From positions 429 through 64,428 of the forward strand of contig JAOTWJ010000003.1 of assembly GCA_029862925.1 (NCBI GenBank): a stretch of 64,000 nucleotides of DNA, in the 5' to 3' direction. The translations under genes and the position numbers were made by a program. The notes beneath the pieces are model-generated. The model was not told where the DNA came from and did no database searches. It saw nothing but the letters and a program-made list of their open reading frames with translations. How positions within the stretch are numbered: position 1 is the stretch's first letter; each line of letters starts with the position of its first letter. The stretch comes from Gemmatimonadota bacterium. Its GTDB lineage: Bacteria; Gemmatimonadota; Gemmatimonadetes; Gemmatimonadales; GWC2-71-9. Below, in pieces: positions 58,018 through 64,000 of the stretch.

Positions 58018-58454
58018 CCACGGGGCACCCGCCGGAAGACAAGTTCGTCGACTACTCCGAGAGTCCGCTGGTCAAGAAGCTCGGCATCAAGCCCGGCTTT
58101 CGCATTGCCCTCGTGAATCCCCCCGACCGCTACTGGGACCTGGTCCACCCGCTGCCGGAGGGGGTGACGGTCACGGGGCCCCGTGCGCGGAAGCTCGATG
58201 TAATCCACATCTTCATCGAGCGGAAGGCCGAACTCGCGCGCGCCCTGCCGAAAGCGCGTCCGCGCATCCGGCCCGAGGGCATGATCTGGGTGTCGTGGCC
58301 GAAGAAAGCGTCCGAGGTGGCGACCGACGTCACGGAGGACGTCGTGCGCGAGCTGGCTCTGCCACAGGGATTGGTGGACGTCAAGGTCTGCGCGATCGAC
58401 GAGACGTGGTCCGGGCTCAAGCTCGTGATTCGCGTGGAGCAGCGCGACACGTGA
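58014..58454 (+). CDS. DUF3052 family protein
   Basis: YS..PLVKKLGIK, IWVSWPKKAS, GLVDVKVCAIDETWSGLK. Confidence 0.85.
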   Translation: MTTGHPPEDKFVDYSESPLVKKLGIKPGFRIALVNPPDRYWDLVHPLPEGVTVTGPRARKLDVIHIFIERKAELARALPKARPRIRPEGMIWVSWPKKASEVATDVTEDVVRELALPQGLVDVKVCAIDETWSGLKLVIRVEQRDT

Positions 58455-59389
58455 CCCGGGGGGGCCTCGCCCTGCCGGTGCTGATTCCACTGCTCGCCTG
58501 TGCGCCCGCGTCCGTCCGACCGCCCGAGCCCCCGAGCGCGTCGTCCCCCTACTCCCGTGGCACGCACCTCGTCCTCCTCGGTACCGGAACGCCCAACGCA
58601 GAACCCGATCGGTCGGGGCCCGCCAGTGCGGTGATCGTCGACGGGACGCCCTACCTCGTGGATGCCGGGCCCGGTGTCGTGCGGCAGGCGACGGAGGCCG
58701 CGCGGCGCGGCATCACCGCACTCGAGCCCAGTCGTCTCGATCGCGTCTTCCTCACCCACCTCCACAGCGACCACACCGTCGGTCTGCCCGACTTGATCCT
58801 GACTCCATGGGTGCTCGAACGGGAGCGGCCGCTCGAGGTGTTCGGCCCGGCGGGGACCGCCGAGATGGTGCGGCATTTGCTGGCGGCCTACGAGGCCGAC
58901 ATCCAGCGACGGACGGCGGGGCTCCAGCCGCAGAACGCCACCGGGTGGCGGGTGGTCGCGCATGACATTGCCCCCGGTGTCGTGTACCGGGACTCCAACG
59001 TGACCGTGACCGCGGTGACCGTGCCCCACGAAGATTGGCCGCAGGCGTTTGCCTACCGCTTGGAGAGTCGCGACCGTGTGATCGTCATCTCTGGCGACAC
59101 CCGACCGACCGACGCGCTGGTCGCGGCGTGCGCCGGGTGCGACGTGCTGGTGCACGAGGTGTATTCGGACGCGGGCTTCGCGCGGCGGACCGCCGAGTGG
59201 CAGCGGTACCACGCGGCCGCCCACACGTCGGCGTCGGCCCTCGCGGCGCTCGCGAGCCGAGCGCAGCCGAAGGTGCTGGTACTCTATCACCAATTGTTGT
59301 GGGGAACGTCGCCCGACGAACTCGTGGCTGAAGTCCGCGCAGGGTATGCGGGCCGCGTCGTGTTCGGGACCGACCTTGCCGTCTTCTAA
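58451..59389 (+). CDS. MBL-fold hydrolase, RNase Z/arylsulfatase-like, exported
   Basis: LLAC lipobox; LLGTGTP, VDAGPG, THLHSDH, SGDT, LVHE, HT, LYH. Confidence 0.88.
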   Translation: MTRGGLALPVLIPLLACAPASVRPPEPPSASSPYSRGTHLVLLGTGTPNAEPDRSGPASAVIVDGTPYLVDAGPGVVRQATEAARRGITALEPSRLDRVFLTHLHSDHTVGLPDLILTPWVLERERPLEVFGPAGTAEMVRHLLAAYEADIQRRTAGLQPQNATGWRVVAHDIAPGVVYRDSNVTVTAVTVPHEDWPQAFAYRLESRDRVIVISGDTRPTDALVAACAGCDVLVHEVYSDAGFARRTAEWQRYHAAAHTSASALAALASRAQPKVLVLYHQLLWGTSPDELVAEVRAGYAGRVVFGTDLAVF

Positions 59390-59395
59390 CGGCGG

Positions 59396-59986
59396 CTAAG
59401 GCGCCGTCGCGTCCTTCTCGGCCCAGGCGACCGTCTCGAAGCCGTACAGCGTCGTATCCGCAGCGCGCCACGCGTCGTCCGCTAACCCCGCCTTGCGGCA
59501 GACCCACCGGAGAAAGGTCTCTCGATCCCAGCCCTGCTCGAGCGGGACCTGCGGCAGCAGCAGACCGGCGCGTCCCCGCTGCTCCACCATGAGGCCGTGG
59601 CGGCCGACGACCACGTCCGTCGCTGCGATGAGCGCGAGTGGGGTCAGCACGCTGATCTCGATCGCGAGCGACGGAATCTCGGGCGCCGTGACGGGTGCGA
59701 ATCGCGGGTCGTCCGTTGCCGACGCAATCGTCGTGTAGGCCACGGCGTCGATCAACGGACGGGTGGGTCTCGTCTCGCCGCGGCAGCCGCGCAAGTCGCC
59801 GTTCGCCCGACGACGCAGGGTCACAAACGTGGCGCGCGGCGCGCGCAGTACCGGGTCGTCGCTGTGGAGGGCCGGGTGGCGACCCGCGGTCAGATGAGTC
59901 TCCAACGCCTCACGCGCCACCCGCAGGAGCAATGCCCGGTGGTGGGCCGAGAGGCCCGGGAGCGGTTCGGATCGGGAAGCAGCCAC
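59396..59986 (-). CDS. AMMECR1 / AmmeMemoRadiSam system protein A
   Basis: FVTL..LRGCRG, DPRF, EISVLTP, GRHGL, GLLLPQV, KAGL. Confidence 0.9.
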   Translation of the reverse strand: MAASRSEPLPGLSAHHRALLLRVAREALETHLTAGRHPALHSDDPVLRAPRATFVTLRRRANGDLRGCRGETRPTRPLIDAVAYTTIASATDDPRFAPVTAPEIPSLAIEISVLTPLALIAATDVVVGRHGLMVEQRGRAGLLLPQVPLEQGWDRETFLRWVCRKAGLADDAWRAADTTLYGFETVAWAEKDATAP

Positions 59987-60043
59987 GGCCGAACTCCAGG
60001 GGAAGTTTCCGCCGCGGGCCGGCGACCCGCCAGAGGGAGCGAC

Positions 60044-60070
60044 TTCACCGGGAATTCACGGAGCCTTCAA
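60044..60070 (+). promoter_or_regulatory. Three TTCAC/A direct repeats with 11-bp period (OmpR/PhoP-type box)
   Basis: TTCAC 60044, TTCAC 60055, TTCAA 60066; TACGTT -10 at 60093. Confidence 0.5.
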
Positions 60071-60109
60071 CCGCAACCGGCGATGGTGACCATACGTTGG
60101 GAGGTAGCC

Positions 60110-60355
60110 ATGTGCGCCATGATGACCGAAGCCTGGCTGTACGCCCAGGTCACGCCCGACCTCGCTCCGCAGGCACTGCCGGCCGTGACCACGCGGGTCG
60201 CCTGTCCGCATACGGGCGGGATCAAGCGCGTGCGGCTCGCGATGGATCCCCTGACGGGACGCCCAGCCGTGACGTGGTGCGGGCGCTTCGGTGCCGCGGC
60301 GATCACCTGTGAGGAGGAGTGCCTGCAGCCCGCCGACACGATCGTCGCGGATTAG
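60110..60355 (+). CDS. Small Cys-rich hypothetical protein
   Basis: GGAGGT SD; CP...WC...CEEECL. Confidence 0.7.
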   Translation: MCAMMTEAWLYAQVTPDLAPQALPAVTTRVACPHTGGIKRVRLAMDPLTGRPAVTWCGRFGAAAITCEEECLQPADTIVAD

Positions 60356-61115
60356 CCCACGCGACGCGGCCGAACGCGTCCACGCGGCCGCCTACCCGTG
60401 CGACTCCGTGCCGGGGGGACGCGACGCTGACCCGCGGGTGACCTTCCGCGTTGGAAGGCCGTGATCCCAGGCGGGTCATCCAGCGGTCCCCCAGGCCGGG
60501 CCAGAGCGCGTTGAGGGCGAGCAGCGGGCGGACCGGCATCGAGTTGACGAGGATCTCCGCCCTGTCGTGCCCCAGGGCCTGGACGACCGCGTCCGCAACC
60601 TGATCGGGCGTACAGGAGCCGAGCGACCGCTGCGTCGATGCCGAGCCGCGCGAACATCCCCACCTGGGTGACATATCCGGGGCAGATCACGGAGAACGAG
60701 ACCGGCGTCTCGCCGAATTCGATCCGCATCGCGTGCGTCCACTCGATGAGTCCGGCCTTCGTGGCGCTATAGACGGCGTTGTACGGGGTCCCCTTCTTGC
60801 CCGCGAGCGAGCCCAAGCTGACCACGTGGCCCCGTCCGCGCGCCAGCATGGCCGGCAGCACGAGCTGCGCGAGGTGGAGTGGCGCCGTGAGGTTGGTTGC
60901 GATCGTCTACGCGATGGTCCCGCCGTCCATGCCGCCGAACGCGCCCGACGACTCGATGGCCGCGTGGTTCACCAGGATGTCGATCCCGCCCAACGCCGCG
61001 TCCTCGCCGCTGCGGCGAGGCGGATGCCCTCGTGCGCGAGCTCGCGGGTAATCACCGGGCCGAGGCCCCGGGATCCGCCCGTCAGCAGGGCGCGCCGCCC
61101 CGCGAGCGCCGTCAC
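60352..61115 (-). pseudogene. Degraded short-chain dehydrogenase/reductase
   Basis: TGGSRGLG, IDILVNHA, YSATK in shifting frames; internal deletion, TAG at 60907-60909, further frameshifts; 3' boundary approximate. Confidence 0.85.
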
Positions 61116-62935
61116 CAGCCGACGGGCACGCCGCCGGTCTGCCGGTCGAGCCACGCGCGGAGCGGCGCGAAGTACTCGAGGATCGCGCTCGCGTCCATGT
61201 CGCGCTGACCCGTGAGCGCCTCCAGCGCCTCGGGCCACGGCCGGCTGGCCCCCAGCGCGAGCATGCGCCGGAGCTTTGCGCCGGCCGCCGCACTGCCGTA
61301 GAAGGAGCACCGATGGAGCGGACCCACGTAGCCCGCTTCCCGGCAGAGCGCACGGTAGAACTGGAACTGCAGGATCCCGGCGAGGAAATAGCGCGTGTAG
61401 GGAACGTTCGCTGGAACGTGATACTTGGCGCCGGGGTCGAACGCGTCTGCTGCGCGGGGACCGGGCGGGGCGACACCCTGATACCGCATGCGCAGGTCCC
61501 ACCAGACGCGGTTGTAATCCCGGGCGGCGATGTCACCACTGAACACGCGCCAGCGCCACTGGTCGATCAGCAGGCCGAACGGCAGGAAGGCCACGCGGTC
61601 CAGCGCCTGACGCAGTAGCAACGCGGTGTCGGCCGCTGCCGCCGGTGCGCGGTCGAGCAGGCCCACCTTCACCAGATAGTCGGGCGTGATCGCGAGCGCG
61701 ATGGCGTCGCCGATGGCCTCGTGGAAGCCATCGTGCGCGCCCGTCTGGTAGAGGAACCCCTGGTCCTTGTAGGCCCGCTGGTAGAAATTGTGGCCGAGTT
61801 CGTGGTGGATCGTGACGAAGTCCTCGGCCGTGGGCTCGATGCACATCTTGATTCGGAGATCGTCGCGGTTGTCGACGTCCCACGCACTCGCGTGGCACAC
61901 GACGTCACGGTCCTGCGGCCTGGTGAATTGCGAGCGCTCCCAGAACGTCGTGGGGAGCGAGTCGAACCCGAGGGACAGGAAGAAGTTCTCGCCGTAACGG
62001 ACCATCTGGCGGGCGTCGGGCACGCGCTCGCGCAGGATGGCCGTGAGGTCGTACCCCGGACCCGCACCGCGTGGCGCCACCAGCGGGAAGACGTTCGCCC
62101 AATCCTGCGCCCACATGTTGCCGAGCAGGTGCGCGGGCATCGCGCCGTCGGGCGGTACGAGGGCCGGGCCGTAGACGTCGCTCAAGCGGTGCCGCACGTA
62201 CGCGTGGAGCGCCACGTAGAGGGGACGCACCTGTTCCCAGAGCCGCTCGATTTCCGCCGCGAAGGTGTCGGGCGGCATGTCGTACGCCGCGCGCCACATG
62301 GCCCCGGCGTCCCGGAACCCGAGCGTCTGGGCCCCCTGGTTCGCCAGGGCGACGAACCGGGCATACCGGTCCCGCATCGGCGGGGCGATGGCGTGCCAGC
62401 CACGCCACACATCGAGCAACTCCGCCGGATCGCGGCTTTGCGCCAGAATGCGCGTCAGGTCGTTCAGCGTGAGGCACCGCGTGCCACCCGCACTCGCCTG
62501 ACAGTAGGTTCCCCGTCCGTAATCGGCTTCGAGCCCAGTCTGCAGCCGGGCCATTTCCACACCCAGCGCCGAGTCCGCGGGCGGGGGAGCCGACAAGGAG
62601 AGCTTGAGCAGGAGAAACCGCCGCCGGAGGTCGGTGGGCATTGAAACCCCGTCGTAGCGCGCGGCCTCCGTCGCCAGGCGCTGGACAAGCCGCCCGTAGT
62701 CGGCTTGGGCGGCTGCGGAGAGCAGCTCGGTGTCGTGCGTGATGTACGTCGCCGCGACCCACTCCGTGCGCGAGAGGTGCACGCTCCGCTCCTCGAGCTG
62801 GGTCTCGGCCTGGTCGATGAAGCGGCGGGCCGCGGCGAGGGTCGGCTGCTGCGCCGTGAGCGGGGAGGCGAGCAGCACGACGAGCACCCCCACGAGCCGA
62901 CGGCCCGCCGTTCCGTCCTTCCGTCCTTCCGTCAT
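61112..62935 (-). CDS. Peptidyl-dipeptidase A (ACE-like, M2 family)
   Basis: PAHLLGNMWAQDW, VCHASAWD, HHELGH, GFHEAIGD, FDPGAKYHVP..PYTRYF. Confidence 0.95.
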   Translation of the reverse strand: MTEGRKDGTAGRRLVGVLVVLLASPLTAQQPTLAAARRFIDQAETQLEERSVHLSRTEWVAATYITHDTELLSAAAQADYGRLVQRLATEAARYDGVSMPTDLRRRFLLLKLSLSAPPPADSALGVEMARLQTGLEADYGRGTYCQASAGGTRCLTLNDLTRILAQSRDPAELLDVWRGWHAIAPPMRDRYARFVALANQGAQTLGFRDAGAMWRAAYDMPPDTFAAEIERLWEQVRPLYVALHAYVRHRLSDVYGPALVPPDGAMPAHLLGNMWAQDWANVFPLVAPRGAGPGYDLTAILRERVPDARQMVRYGENFFLSLGFDSLPTTFWERSQFTRPQDRDVVCHASAWDVDNRDDLRIKMCIEPTAEDFVTIHHELGHNFYQRAYKDQGFLYQTGAHDGFHEAIGDAIALAITPDYLVKVGLLDRAPAAAADTALLLRQALDRVAFLPFGLLIDQWRWRVFSGDIAARDYNRVWWDLRMRYQGVAPPGPRAADAFDPGAKYHVPANVPYTRYFLAGILQFQFYRALCREAGYVGPLHRCSFYGSAAAGAKLRRMLALGASRPWPEALEALTGQRDMDASAILEYFAPLRAWLDRQTGGVPVGW

Positions 62936-63396
62936 TCCCGCTCCTCCACGTCTGCGGTCCATGTGATCTCGATCGCCTCGCGCAGCGACGCGGCCGTGGG
63001 GCATTTCGCCTGGTGCGTCGTGAGCGCGCGGTCCAATGTGTCCCGCGATCCCGCTGGGATCCGCAGCGTGTAGTGAATCGCAATGCGGGTGAGCACCGGG
63101 AGCCGGTCCCGCACTTCGTTGAGGCCGGTGACGTCCGCCCGGATCGCGTCCGGCGGCAAGCTGATCCCGCGCACCTCCAGTGCGCCGTTGAGGGTTCCCA
63201 GCATTCAGCCGCCGGTGGCGGCGACGATGTAATCCACTGGCAGCGGCAGGTTCTTCTCGCTGTCGAGCTTGTAGTGCGCCTTGATCGTCCCGTGCACGCC
63301 GAAGTCGATCGGCGGACCGACCTCGAGATCGGCCCGGCGGTGGGTGCCGGCGATCTTATGGATTGTAGCGCGTGCGACATAGAAAGGGTCGGTCAT
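62932..63396 (-). CDS. OsmC/Ohr-family protein with in-frame UGA (probable selenocysteine, codon 64)
   Basis: PVDYIVAATGG-UGA-MLGT in one frame; later KCPTAASL; SECIS-like hairpin after UGA; GGAGG SD. Confidence 0.85.
63160..63204 (-). promoter_or_regulatory. Putative bacterial SECIS element
   Basis: After UGA: AU-GCUG-GGAA-CCC-UCAACG-GCGCAC-UGGAG-GUGCGC-GGG-AU-CAGC; loop starts 25 nt after UGA, G in second loop position. Confidence 0.7.
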
Positions 63397-63490
63397 CCGG
63401 CCTCCGAAGAAACGTGTCCGTGTGGTGCGAGGGTGGCACGGGCGCATCACGACGCCACCCGCCGCGTCGCCGGCGGTCGTGCCGTCGTAC

Positions 63491-64000
63491 TTAGCGTTGG
63501 GGGCGCGGCTCGGCGAGCCGGAACGTCACGTCCAGGGTCGACCAGTGCAGGTTGACGTTCGCGCCGGCTCGGAATCCGATCGCTCCCTCGGCCGGCAGGC
63601 GATCCCTTGGGACGGTGACGACCGTCTCGCCGTTCACGCGGAACGTCACGGCGCGTGGCTCCACGTCGATGCCGAGCACGTGCTTGAGCGTGCCGCTGCC
63701 GGGGTGCGGTTTGACGGCGTCGGACACGGTCCAGGGAACGATGGATCGCCGGGTGGCGCCATCCTGCACGTACACCGCGGCCATGCCGTCGCGGCGCAGC
63801 ACGAAGGCACTGTAGCGACGCTGGCTGCCGTCGAGCTCGGTACCACCGAAGAAGAGCCCGAACTCGCCGTTCTCCGAATCCGGGAACAGAAACACCTCCG
63901 CTTCGATCCCAAAGCGCCCCTGCGCCCGGACCGTCGGGTCGAAGAGGATGGCTCCGGGACCGGTGGTGACGTGCCAGCCCGGCGGCATCGTCACGAATCG
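63491..64000 (-). CDS. Hypothetical concanavalin-like beta-sandwich protein (DUF1080-like), 5' end beyond window
   Basis: GWHVTTGPGAI, FGLFFGG, FRVNGETV, GAIGFR; frame open to window edge. Confidence 0.65.
   Translation of the reverse strand, partial: RFVTMPPGWHVTTGPGAILFDPTVRAQGRFGIEAEVFLFPDSENGEFGLFFGGTELDGSQRRYSAFVLRRDGMAAVYVQDGATRRSIVPWTVSDAVKPHPGSGTLKHVLGIDVEPRAVTFRVNGETVVTVPRDRLPAEGAIGFRAGANVNLHWSTLDVTFRLAEPRPQR

Noticed and set aside
60907..60909. In-frame TAG in the SDR as possible pyrrolysine/readthrough
   Set aside because: The gene also has frameshifts and a deletion, so decay is the simpler explanation
62932..63450. Two separate small genes or a nonsense pseudogene at the OsmC locus
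   Set aside because: The stop is UGA at the catalytic Cys position with a SECIS-like hairpin, and both halves look intact

Overview
High-GC bacterial chromosomal segment spanning the replication origin (mnmE-yidC-yidD-rnpA-rpmH | dnaA-oriC-dnaN). Gene content (two GWxTD proteins, ACE-like M2 peptidase, TonB and OM barrel proteins) suggests Gemmatimonadota; this is an inference, not a database result. It is mostly housekeeping and envelope genes: cbiMQO, tRNA-Phe, upp, ECF sigma/anti-sigma, holA, mutS, cbs, queD, ddl, rnpB, pyrE, slt, csp, polA, MMPL, rnd, sbtA/sbtB. No integrase, transposase, prophage or CRISPR array is visible. Most notable signals: (1) an OsmC-family gene split by an in-frame UGA at the catalytic Cys position and followed by a SECIS-like hairpin (probable selenoprotein), heading a translationally coupled OsmC-ACE peptidase-SDR pseudogene unit; (2) two distant promoters sharing a TGTCC(T)C-N4-GAGGACA palindrome, an IHF-like site and a sigma54 -24/-12 element, one driving an ECF sigma factor; (3) an oriC with DnaA-trios but only degenerate, helically phased DnaA boxes; (4) many apparently leaderless genes; (5) tandem CRP-like boxes and a PHO/OmpR-like box upstream of small uncharacterised proteins. 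All calls are by eye from motifs; no searches were run.
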